Shown here: positions 24,066 through 36,452 of the stretch, piece after piece
Layout of the letters: each line of letters opens with the position of its first letter
Numbering within the stretch: the stretch's first letter is position 1
Made by a program: the position numbers and the translations under genes
From: Neocallimastix sp. 'constans'
Lineage: Eukaryota
Length of the DNA: 64,000 bases
Direction: 5' to 3'
Assembly: GCA_050613775.1 (NCBI GenBank)
Contig: JBODTK010000133.1
Location: 248,001 to 312,000, forward strand
The notes under the pieces: model-generated
Databases searched by the model: none
Seen by the model: the letters and a program-made list of their open reading frames with translations, nothing else
What the model was told of the DNA's origin: nothing

Positions 24066-24760
24066 ATTTTGAATATTTTATATCTTGTTTATTTTTAATT
24101 TTTACTTACTTACTTATTAAATTTTATTTTTATTTTTAATTTTATTTTTTAAAAAACAAAAACTAAATCATATATAAAATGTTAGTTATTTCGAATTTAT
24201 AAATTGATAAATTCATAATTTATTTTATGTAATACAAATTTTAATTAGAATTAGTTATTTTTATTTATTAATAATTTAGTCTATTAAACAAAATATTTAA
24301 AAAAAAATAGTTACACGATAATATTATTATAACTATTTAAGATGAATCCAGTGATTCCTAGTAGTCATTATTTATTATTGGATAAGCAATTATCATTAGA
24401 TACTATTTTGGATAATATGTATAATCAAATATGTATCTTTAAAAAATCATAAATTATATAAATCGGGAGATATTAATTTTGAATTAGAATTTAGATTAAG
24501 AAATAAATACATCAATATTGATATTAATGATTTTGTTAAATGTATGAGTTGTCAACATCACGAGTATTTATTCAAAGAAAATAAAACGACAAGATACAGA
24601 ATTATATGCGAATCAAGCTATCCAGCCAACATAAACGAAGATCAGGATATAAATCTAGAAAAATGAAGAAGAAAATAAAAAAGGAAAAGAAAAGGAAGAA
24701 GAAAACAAAGAAAATAAAAAGATTTCGAAGCTTTATACATATGTCGATACCAATTCAGAA
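24066..24760 (+). pseudogene. Duplicate of 62875-63582: upstream region and 5' part of the capping enzyme-like gene (ATG 24342), frameshifted and cut by an LTR
   Basis: Near-identical sequence; extra A in two A-runs; ends at TGTTAAG 24761. Confidence 0.9.
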
Positions 24761-26463
24761 TGTTAAGATTTTGATATAATTTTTAATTTAAATTTAAATA
24801 AAATAATATGTTTTAATAAAAATATTCACTAAGTCGATATGTCTATATAGTAATATACTATATAGATATATAATAATAATAATAAATATTTAAATGTTTA
24901 GTTTAATGAAAATTTATTTATAATAAACTTTGATAATTAGAATTATCAAATTAATTTGATTTTAAATTTATTGATTTTATTTAATAAAATATCTATAATA
25001 TATTACTATTAAGGTAATTTTACAATAACCTTACAAAGAACATAAAAGATAGATTTTTACATCTTTCTTTTATACTTTGTAAGTTACATAATAATAATAT
25101 TTAATTATAAGATAGTAATAATATAGTAATATAAATAATAATAAAATATAAGGATAAATTTAATTATATTATTAATTTGAATAATTGAATTTAATATAGA
25201 TATGTTGTAAACATATATAAAAACGGGGAGAGCGCGTTTCGGAACCGCACGTGAATAGATATAAGCCACATGTTTTTTGAGATGGCGTATTATATATAAA
25301 TTTTTTTATATAAATAAATAATTAAATAATAATTAAATAAATATTTTATTTTATAATAATTTCATAATTTAATATATATTTGATAATAAAAAATAAAAAT
25401 ATAAAAAAATAAAAAAATAAAAAAAATAAAAAAATAAAAAAATAAAAAAAATAAAAAAATAAAAAAAATTAAAAATAAAAAAAAAATAAAAAAAATAAAA
25501 AAGATTAAAAAAATAAAATACAAAAAAAATAAAATAAAATATTTTCATTTTTATTTATAAAAATTTATAAAAAAAATAATATAAGCCACATTCCGAAATG
25601 AAAATTTATGTAAAAATATTTAAAGCCACATTCCGAAACGCACCACCCCCTATAAAAACATAATATAAATAAAATACACGTGACGTCAAATGTATCATTG
25701 AAATTAATTATTAATATAAACCTTATTTATTAATATTCTCAGAATTATTAGGCCTAAGATAACCCTTTAAATATTAAACAAGAATTTATATTAATTATTA
25801 ATTATTTAAATATATATATTATTTATAATTAAATAAATAATATTTTTAATTATTGAAATGTAAATAACTGAAATTGAGATTTCAATTCAGTTATAATTTC
25901 AACAACGCCCTCCCATAAAAATCGGATTCAAGACGATTTTTGTGTAACGATATGGAGGTCTAAATTTTTATTAAAAAAATTTTGAAATTTCATAAAAAAA
26001 ATTTTTTAATTTCAAAGGAAGAAGGTCACTTGAGTCCTTTTAAATTTTTATAAAAAACCCCATTTCAAGTGACCATTTCATTGAAATTTTGAAATTTCTA
26101 AAATTTAGTAAAATTAAAATTTAGTTAATAAAATTGATGGTTGTGAATATAATGGTACCATTTTTGAATGAATTTGATTTAGAATTTTTGAAATTGAAAT
26201 TTTGAAATTTAATTTCAATTAACTTCTTAATTTGTTGCATTAAATTTTAAAAAAAATGAAAATTATAATAATTTATAAAATTTTGATTATGTCGAATTAT
26301 AAATTGATTGTTAATAGTGTAATATAGCTATATTTTTTGAATTTTTGAATTTTGAAATTTTGAAATTGAAATTTCATTTTAGAAATATTGAAAAATTAAA
26401 ATTAACTAAAAAAATAGATAATAATAAAGTAAAAGTTAAATTAATAATAAAAAATAAATTTTC

Positions 26464-26509
<46 letters not shown>

Positions 26510-27470
26510 ATTTTTTTTTTTTTAATTTAATTATATGCAATCGAAGTAAATTTCCTTCCATTCTTTAAATATAATAAATAAATCTCTTGATTTCTTGGGT
26601 TATTTTCAACTTCTTCTGAAGGAACCCAATCATATGAATTTTTATATTTATACCTTACACGATATTCATAACATTTTTTCTTATAATTGGTCCTAAATCC
26701 TGCTATTTCTATAATATCCTTAATAGATTCATTATGAGATCTTCTTTTTCTATATTCTGGAGGAGTAGGAATGAAAGGCTCGAGCTTGGATATATGGAAT
26801 ATTGGATGGTGTTTAGGGAAAGGAGATCTTTTTAAATCTATTTTATAATTATTATTATCTAAAGTTTCAAGTACTTTATAAGGTCCGTACTTACAAGGTG
26901 ATAATTTAGAATAATCTTCGATATTAAGAGAAGGAGGAGTTTGAACCCATACTAAGTCACCTTCTTTAAAAACAGGAGGTTCTAATCTTTTCTTATCAGC
27001 ATGCCTTTTATATAATTCTTTGGAACGTAGTAAGACGTCTTTAATGTGATTAAAACTAGTATTTACATTTTTTATATATTTAAAATTAGTATCCATTTGA
27101 GGTAATAAAAAGAATTCGTCCATGGAAGGATGGAACCCATAATTTATAAAGAAAGGAGTTTCCTTAGTAGATTCGTTAACCGAATTATTATATGCAAATT
27201 CTACAAGGTAGATCCAATCTATCCAGTCATCATGATAATAAGCTCTTGAATAAGCCCTAAGATATTGTTCAATAAAAGAGTTACACCTTTCAACTTGTCC
27301 GATGGTTTCATGATGATCTGTGGTAGCTATATTATTTTTAATTTTTAATAAGTGCATAAATTCATTCCAAAGAGCACTTGTAAATTGTGATCCTCTGTCT
27401 GTATAAATATCTTGAGGTAAACCATGTAGTTTAAAGATATTATTCATAAAAGCCTTAGCAGTTTGATTGA
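24761..27470 (-). mobile_element. 3' fragment of a Gypsy element: integrase C-terminal ORF 26527-27447, 3' UTR, PPT and 3' LTR 24761-25904
   Basis: Protein closely resembles 3417-4976; PPT ATGGGAGGGCGT abuts TGTTGAAA; LTR resembles 8354-9089. Confidence 0.9.
25225..25650. mobile_element. Mutator-like MITE inserted in the LTR
   Basis: Ends GGGGAGAGCGCGTTTCGGAA / TTCCGAAACGCACCACCCCC; 9-bp TSD TATAAAAAC (25216-25224, 25651-25659); absent from the related LTR at ~8840. Confidence 0.9.
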
Positions 27471-28043
27471 ATATAAATCAAATACCAATTTTTTTTTATT
27501 ATTTAATATGGATAGATCTTTACAGTAACAACCCTAAGTTATAAATAAAAAAGATTACAATTATATTTTTTTACTATATGAAAACTATCATATTGAATTT
27601 AATATCTTCCAATAATATATATTTTTTTTAAAACAATTATTCATATTATGAAAATACTTTATCATATTACATATATAAATATCTTTATAATTTTCATTGT
27701 AATAAAGATATTGATATTTTATTACTAAAATATAATAATTATTAAAATATTTATTAAATGAACATTCTGAATCAATATTAAAAATTATTATTTTAAACAT
27801 TAAATATATTGTATATTAAAATAATTATTTTCTTTAAATTGATTGTCTGTTATTTGTGTTATGGGTCTTATATATAATTATTATTCCATTATTACTTATA
27901 ATTATTATTGGATTTAATAATAATTAATAATAATTTATCAATTATTTTGTAATTATTTATTTTTATATATAGTGGATTCTATATTATTTATTTAAATATA
28001 ATTATTAAAGTTATAATATAAAATAATTGTAATACCAAGGAAA

Positions 28044-28860
28044 TTAAAATATATAAAAATAAATATAAAGATATAATAAAAATACAAATAAATAAAATAC
28101 ATTTATTTTTATTTTATATTTTAATATAAATTTAATGACATAAGAAATACATAAACTTATAAATATAGCAATAATAAATTTTAATAAATTTATAAAACCG
28201 AAAAAGAAATCACTATCTGAAGGACCTTCAGGTGGCATTCCACAATAATTCTCTACTTTCCAAGTTTTTAAATCTGTTATTAATCCACAATGTTTTGATC
28301 CACAATCTTTATCTTTTTTACATATATCACCTATTGCCTTATCTAAAAATTAAAAGATTAATATAAATATCAGCACAAAATTCAGTTGGATTTTCTTCAT
28401 TAAAAATGCAAAATCCATCCATACATTTATTAGTTAAACATTGTGAATCAGAAGTACATTTATAAGAGATAATAATATCATGTCCACCAGATATATTATA
28501 TAATAATTCGGTTGATTTTAATTGATCATATCTATAAGATTCGCTAATATATCTTTTTACATTATCATTTTCATCTGGAATTTCGACAAAATGAGGTAAA
28601 GCCTCACGGTTTACTTCAACACAAATATTATTTTTACAATAATAACTAAGATTAACATTATTTTTAATTTTTAATACTTCTTTTTTCTTTAAAGTTTTAT
28701 TTTTGTCAAAAGTATATATAAAATTTTTACACCTTTCATAATCAGTAATATTATCATAAGTATAATAAATTTTATTATTTAATTTATAAGAATATGTAAT
28801 TCTAATATTAATAATAAAAATTAATATTATTAATATATAATATTTTAAATGTTTATACAT
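28044..28860 (-). pseudogene. Cys-rich secreted or membrane-anchored host protein of unknown function, frameshift near 28340
   Basis: Signal peptide-like start; CTSDSQCLTNKCMDGFC; second repeat CKKDKDCGSKHC in another frame, followed by a hydrophobic C-terminal segment. Confidence 0.6.
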
Positions 28861-29269
28861 TGTATTTTTATAATTTTAGAACTAAAAAAATATATATATT
28901 TATTTATTTAAAAAATATTATGTTTTTGAAAATAAGGGGGTGTGTCATTTCGAAAATTTTTATTACATAAATTTGTATTTTGTTGTAGTGCATTTCGGAA
29001 AACATGGCGTATTATAATGTAATAAATAAATAAATGAATAAATAAATTATAAATGAATAAATAAATTTTTAAATAATAATAAAAATAATTAAGACAAATG
29101 TTTATTATGACTAAATAAATTTTTTTAGAAAATTAAATAAAAATATATATATAAATATATAATTACTACATATATAAAATAATTATATTTTTTTTATTTT
29201 ATTTTAAATATTATTAATTATTATTAATACATTAATACCTTGTTTATATTATCAACAGAAAATACAGAT

Positions 29270-29770
29270 TGAATAAAATAAAATAAAATGAAATAAAATA
29301 AAATAAAATAAATAGTAGAAACATAAATATAAGTACAGATTGAATAAAATAAAATAAAATAAAATAAAATAAAATAAAATAAAATAAAATAAAATAAAAT
29401 AAAATAAAATAAAATAAAATAAAATAAAATAAAATAAAATAAAATAAAATAAAATAAAATAAAATAAAATAAAATAAAATAAAATAAAATAAAATAAAAT
29501 AAAATAAAATAAAATAAAATAAATAGTAGAAACATAAATATAAGTACAGATTGAATAAAATAAAATAAAATAAAATAAAATAAAATAAAATAAAATAAAA
29601 TAAAATAAAATAAAATAAAATAAAATAAAATAAATAGTAGAAACATAAATATAAGTACAGATTGAATAAAATAAAATAAAATAAAATAAAATAAAATAAA
29701 ATAAAATAAAATAAAATAAAATAAAATAAAATAAAATAAAATAAAATAAAATAAAATAAAATAAAATAAA
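29270..29770. repeat. (AAAAT)n microsatellite punctuated three times by AGTAGAAACATAAATATAAGTACAGATTG
   Basis: Read directly from sequence. Confidence 0.95.
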
Positions 29771-30555
29771 AAAAAATATAATAATTATTTTATATATATA
29801 GGAATCTTATATATTTTAATTTTTTTTCATTTATTTTTCTAAAAAAAAAAAATTTAGTTATAATAACGTTTGTCTTTTAATTATTATATTTTATTATAGT
29901 AAATAAAAAAATTTAAATGAAAAGTAAATAATTTTAATTATTTATAATTCATATTTTCATAAACGATATATATATATATTAATTTAAATGATATAAGAAT
30001 TAAAAATTAAAACAATAAGAGTTGAATAATTGATCCTATTAAAATAATTAATTATTTGCATAGTAATATTTATAATGTTTGATCAATATGAATCAATTAT
30101 TATTAAAATATAATAATAACAGTTATAATTTTAATAAAATAATAAAAATCTTTTATTGAATTTAATATTTTTAATAACATAATTAATTATGAAAAGTATA
30201 TTGATATTAATAAAATTTATAATAATATAATATTGATATTGATATTAATAAAATTTATAATTATATAATAATGATATTGATATTAATAAAATTTATAATT
30301 ATATAATATTGATATTGATATTAATAAAATTTTAACTAGTATCAAATAAATCGGTTTTAGTTATAAATTACATAATAAAAATAACTAAAAGATAATTTCT
30401 ATTAAGATTATTAAATAAACACAATAGGTAAATAAAGTTGTATTTTTCTAGCATTTTTTTAAATTAAGATTATTTAATTATTATTTAAACGATTATAAAT
30501 ATAAATTTAATAAATAAATTTTTATTTTTCTAGCATTTTTTTAAATTAAGATTAT

Positions 30556-31991
30556 TTATTTTAAATTAATATTTATATCGTTTAAATCAATTAAACATTC
30601 TTTCCATAATTTAATTAATTCATTTCTGTTGCATCCATTATAAAATAAATTTATTTCCTTACTTTTGTAATTTTCAATTAACATTTTAATTTCATCAGTT
30701 GCACTAAATATTTTTTGCTTTTTTTTCCAATTTCCTTTAGTTCTCCTTTGATAATCATTATAAGATAAGTTTTCTTCTTCTTTTAATATATATATTAATT
30801 TATAAAATAAAGGTTTATTTGGAAATATATTATTTAAGTAGCTATTATAAGATTCTGATGCATTGTTTGTTAAATGCTCTATATTTTCATAATAATTCCA
30901 ATTATTAACATTATACTTAAGTAAATAATTTTTATTAAAATATTCTAAAAATTGTAGAAAATTATTATACTGTTTTTTTGACAAATTCTTTTTATTATAA
31001 TATAAATATCAAATATAAAGTTAGGGTTTATAAACGGTAAGTTCGAAATAGCTTTATAATAAATATATACATCATTATTATTCTTCACTTCATGATAACA
31101 TAATATATTTTTTTGTTTTTCTAATGATCTTTTGTAATGCCAAACACAATATTTAATATTTATATTGGGAAAAACTTTTTTTGCGGCATTAGATATACCT
31201 TGTTCAAAATCACAATGAAAATTAATTGTAGTAATTAATGTATTACTCCTAAATTTATTTGCATTTTTTTTTATTTCTTTAAATAATGTTTCATATGTAG
31301 ATTGTTTTTTATTTTTTAATATAGAAATGGAAGTAGTGTAAAACATATTAAATTCCCCAACATAAGTTCTTGTTATAAATAACTGATAACTAAATTTCGG
31401 TGCTGCATAAAATGTACCGTCCTCAAATATATTTTTATGATAATTCGAAAATAAATATGCTTGGAATGGTGATTGAAAGATTATTAGATCAGTATTTTTA
31501 AATATCATAAAATTTTAATTTCTTTTAATTTTATAATATTCTGATTCAATGGGAATATCATCAAAAATTTTTATGTTTGGAGGAAATTGTTTATTTATAT
31601 TTCTTATTATTTGGGATCTAATTGTATTATATTCGGGACATATAAGTCCCATTTCTTGAGAAACGGCATTAAATATATGTTTAGGTTTTATATCCATAGG
31701 AATTGAATTTTTCTTAATTTCTTCCTTAATTTTATGCTTTGCTACTGATATAGACACATCAATTTCTTTTTCGAGATGGTTATGTAAACTTTCATATTTT
31801 AAAACCTCCTTTTTATCATTTAAAATAATTAAAGATTAACATTTATTTAAAGTCTTATATTCAGTGCATCTATAAATTTTTGATTTATCTTTCCTTTGAA
31901 ATGAAAAATTAAATTTGTGTTTTTTATTAATAATAATTTGTTCATTTCCTCGATTTGTTTCACTTATTTCAATTTCTATATTGTCTTCCAT
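30556..31991 (-). pseudogene. MULE transposase with N-terminal FLYWCH/WRKY-like zinc finger, disrupted
   Basis: YRC..C..HNH; DGTF, DFE, CVWH, TNNASESYN; two stops and a frameshift near 30980. Confidence 0.9.
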
Positions 31992-33269
31992 TAATAATTA
32001 AAACTTTTCAATAAAATATTTTAATAAATATACTTTTAAATGCTTTGAAACTTTTTTTTTTTTTAATATTTAAAATAATAAACCTTTTTTTAATTAATTA
32101 TATAATTATTTAATTATTTATTATTTCTTTTATTTACTATTTTATTTATTTATTTTTATTTTTATTTTCTATTTTTATTTTATTTTATTTTTTTTATTTT
32201 TTAATGCTTAAAAAATAAATTTTTATTTATTTTTATTTTATTTTTTAAGCATCAAAAAATAAAATGTTTATTTATTTTTATTTTATTTTTCAATGTTTAA
32301 AAAAAAGTTTTCTTATTTCTTATTTTTATTTTATTTTTTAAGCATTAAAAATAAAATGTTCATTTATTTTTTATTTTATTTTTAATGTTAAATAGAAATA
32401 CCTAACCTAATTATTATTTATTGAAGTGTTGTATTTCGCCAAAAGTTGAATTTCGTCCAGTTGAATTTCGCCAAATTCTTGGTGGCTTATAAAATTTCGT
32501 CATAAAATATCACCACATTTATTATTCACGCCATATTATGAATATATGGCTTTTTAAAAATTGTAGAAAAAAGCCACAAAAATATGATACAATTAGATAT
32601 ACGCCCCACGTAAGATTACGTGTTTGAAAATTTTTGAGAATTGTAATTTTATTTATTTAATTAATTAATTATTATTCATTAAATTTTTAATAAAATTAAG
32701 TGGCTTAAAATTAAAAATATTTAAGCCATATAACAAAATACAAATTTTTGTAGTAAAAATTTTCGAAATGCTCCCCTGAAAATAATATTATAAATTTATT
32801 TTATATTATTTAATATATTATATATACAATTTAAAAATATATTTAAGATAAATTTATAAAATATATTTATTTTATAAAAAGCCACTTTTGAATTTTTTTA
32901 AAATTTATAATATAATAAATATATTTTATAAGAAATATTTTATTCCTATTTAAATTTTATTTCAAAATTAATGGTAATTTTAATATTTATTAATTATTAT
33001 TATTTTTTAAAATATATAAAATTTTTATAAAAATCTAATAAAAACAAAAAATGGACAACGTTTTATAAAATATAATAGTTTTTAATTTTAAATAAATTAT
33101 ACTTATAATTTAAAATATTTATATTTTTTATTATATATAATTATATAATTATATATATTTTTATTTTAATATTTAAAAAATAATATAATTTATTTTTATA
33201 AAATGATTTTTTATAATTTAATTTAAAAAACAAAAAAAAAAAAATAATTTATTATATAAATTACTCAAA

Positions 33270-35903
33270 ATGAAATCATTATTTATTACTGTAATTATTT
33301 TATTAATAAATTACAGTTTTTGTTCTAATGATAAAGGTAAATATCTTGAATTAAATAAAACTGAAGAAGGAGCATATTTAGTTGCTAAAAGTTGCACAGA
33401 AGTATATATTTGTAGCAAACATAGTAAGAAATATATATTATTTGCGATGATATTTTAGATGGATGTTTTTATAGAGATGAAAAATTAGACAATGAAATTA
33501 ATATTGATGATGGTGATTTTAATAATCCTGATAAATGTTCAATAAAAAGATATGCTACCATTTCAACTGAGTCTTGCTATATGTCAAGTACTGGAGAAAT
33601 TAAAACTAAAGGTAAATTTAATTTATTTGAAGTACCTTATTATGATATTGATATTAAAAATAATCGTGTTTTGACTGAATGGGGATGGTGTGCATATTCA
33701 TATGAAACTATCGATGCTAATTAGATGTCATTTCTTGATAAAAAATTAAAACTTAATCAAATTAATATTCCAGGAACACATGATACAGGAATATATGATA
33801 TTGGAAAAGTTTGGAAAAGTTCTACTGAAAATAACAAAATAATAGATGGATCATTTTTTGCATCAGTAAAATCTTTAACTGCACAAACTCAAGATTTAAA
33901 TATTAAAGATCAATTAAAAAATGGAATTAGATATTTAGATATAAGATTACATTTAGATGCTAAAGACGAACCACCTTATCTTTATCATGGATATTTCGCT
34001 TGTTATGATAGTAATACTGAAGATTATCTCTATCTTAAAAATGTTCTTAAATATTGTATTTATTTCTTAGTTGATCATAAAGATGAAACAATTATTCTTC
34101 ATTTAAAAAGGGAAGGAATTAAAGATGAAATTACAAATAATGATATAGCTAAATTAATTGAATCAATTGCTAAAGAAAAATATAATAAAGAAAAAAGATA
34201 TTTAGATTATTTTTATATTCCTGATGATATTGATAACGAATATACTAACAAATATATGCCAACTCTTGAAGAAACAAAAGGTAGAATAGTTTTTTTATCA
34301 AGATCTTCATTTTATTATACTGATAAAACTATTAAACCAACAAATAAAAAAACATAAAAAAATGAACCCAAGTATCCAATAGGATTTTTAAGAAATGTAG
34401 CTGATAAAACAAAATGTTCTTCTATTCCTGTTCCTGTTATATTTTCTAGTAAATATGAAATTTGTGAGCCAGAAATAAAAGGTAATTTCCGTTGTCAAGA
34501 TGACTATAATCTTAATAAAAATTTGAAATGGTTAATAGTAGAAAATATGTTATTGGAAGAAAGTGAATTTAATAATAAAAATAATGATTTAGTACATTCA
34601 TTAAATTTTATGAATATAGCTTTTACAGCTTTTAATTATATTACAACTTCAGCAACATATATGAATAAAAAACTAACTAAATTTCTTCAAGATTATTCAG
34701 TTCCAAATGAATGGTTTATTTTAGATTTTCCATCTATAAATGTTATTCGTGAAATTTATAATTCTAATTTTGGTAAAAATAAACCAGTTTATAAACCAAG
34801 TGCTTATATTGATCTTGATGTAATTAATAAAAAAAATAAAGAAAGTAATTTTAGCTTTGTTTTTCTACTCTTGGTATTGTTTGTGATTTTGGTAATTATG
34901 ATTCACATCATGATTTAAAACGAAGAGATGTTATGAATAATGAAAATAACAAAGAAACAATGATATGTCTTCAACGTATAATAAATACTGACGAACAAGG
35001 AAATCCTCAAGATATAATAAAAACTAATTATAAATGTATTGATAATGATTTGAATAAATGGTATGTTAAACAAAATAATGATGATGAAAAAATATACTCT
35101 ATTATTTCATTATATGATAATAAATGTTTAAATTACTCTGGTGATATATTATACGTCGAAAATGTAAAGAAAATAATATATATGAAAAATTCACTTTTAA
35201 AGATAATATTATATATTCGCAATTTGATACAACAAAATGCTTTAATAATTTTGATATTTACCCTACGTCTATTAAACCTAAATCATATGAAAATTTAACT
35301 TGTTCTACTAATTTTGCTAGACTTGGAATTAAATGTTGTTCTAATTCGGATACTCAAGTTAAATATGTTGATGAAGTTGGTAATTGGAGTGTAGAAAATG
35401 GTGAGCTTTGTGGTATTGGTTACGAGAGATGTTCATGGAGTATTTTAGGTTACCCATGTTGTTCTCTATATCCAACTGTCGTTTATACTGATGAAAATGG
35501 TTCTTGGGGTTATGAAGATGGTCAATGGTGTGGTATTGGAGAAATTACACATGATTCTAAAGTACGTATTAAAAACAAAATGACTCAAGAATGTCTTATA
35601 ACTAATCTACATTCAGATAACACTATAGTTTTATTAGGTGATTGTAATCATAGTATATGGACTTATGAAAAGGATCAACTTATTTTAGATGCTACTAAAA
35701 AATGTTTATATACTATGAATTCCCAAAATGCAAGAATGACGGATTGTAATGAAGGAGATAATCAAATAAATCATCATATACATTTTAAGATAGTTGATAA
35801 TAAATACATTTGTATTAAAAATAATGTAGATCCCTACGATTATTGTTTGAATGGAAAATCTTTGAACTTTGAAACATGTAAGAACGAATTTTCTGAATGG
35901 TAT
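33270..35903 (+). pseudogene. Secreted PI-PLC X-domain protein with ricin-B-like domains and two fungal dockerin (CBM10-type) domains, disrupted
   Basis: Signal peptide; IPGTHD, QLKNGIRYLDIR, LYHG, ETIILHLKRE; dockerins at 35301-35540 (CC..VKYVDEVGNWSVENGELCGI; LGYPCC..VVYTDENGSWGYEDGQWCGI); several stops and frameshifts. Confidence 0.85.
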
Positions 35904-36452
35904 TGTAACGAAATCTTCATGTTGAGGTTCATATTAGAAAAGGAGTGTGAACATTAAATAAATAGATAAATTAACTAATTACTAAATTACACTAAAAGAA
36001 TTTATTATTACACATTATAAATTTTATTTAAAGAACTATTATTAAAAATATTTATTATTTATAAATTATATAATTATTTTATTGTTAAAAATACTTTATT
36101 AATATTAATATTTATTTTAATAACAATATGGGAAACCTTTCAATTATTATTCCTATTTCATTATCACTACTATTTCTACTATTTCTTTCCTCAGAAAGGC
36201 CCCCTCATATAAAATATGGATCATACATTTATTTTATACTATTTAATTACATTATTAGATCCAATCATTTAATTAATAAATTACATAAATTTAATACTTA
36301 AAATTATAAAATATAATATAAAAAAAAATTATTACATAGAATATAAGAAAATTATTAATAGTAAAAAATATAATAATATATTTTTATATAATAAATTATT
36401 AAAAATTTAATTAAAAATAACATTATTATTCTATTCTTTATCATTCAGTTAG

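Larger units (their letters stand above)
28936..32776. mobile_element. Mutator-like (MULE) DNA transposon
   Basis: Imperfect TIRs GGGGG..CATTTCGAAAATTTTTA / TAAAAATTTTCGAAATGCTCCCC; 9-bp TSD TGAAAATAA at 28927-28935 and 32777-32785. Confidence 0.88.

Noticed and set aside
29270..29770. CRISPR-like repeat/spacer pattern and the 140-aa FILFY ORF
   Set aside because: The spacers are only (AAAAT)n, there are no cas genes, and the ORF is the microsatellite read in antisense.
30190..30555. AT-rich short tandem and direct repeats downstream of the transposase
   Set aside because: Simple slippage-type duplications with no sign of function.
35904..36452. Possible LTR starting TGTAACG that cuts the dockerin gene
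   Set aside because: No second copy, clear end or TSD in the window.
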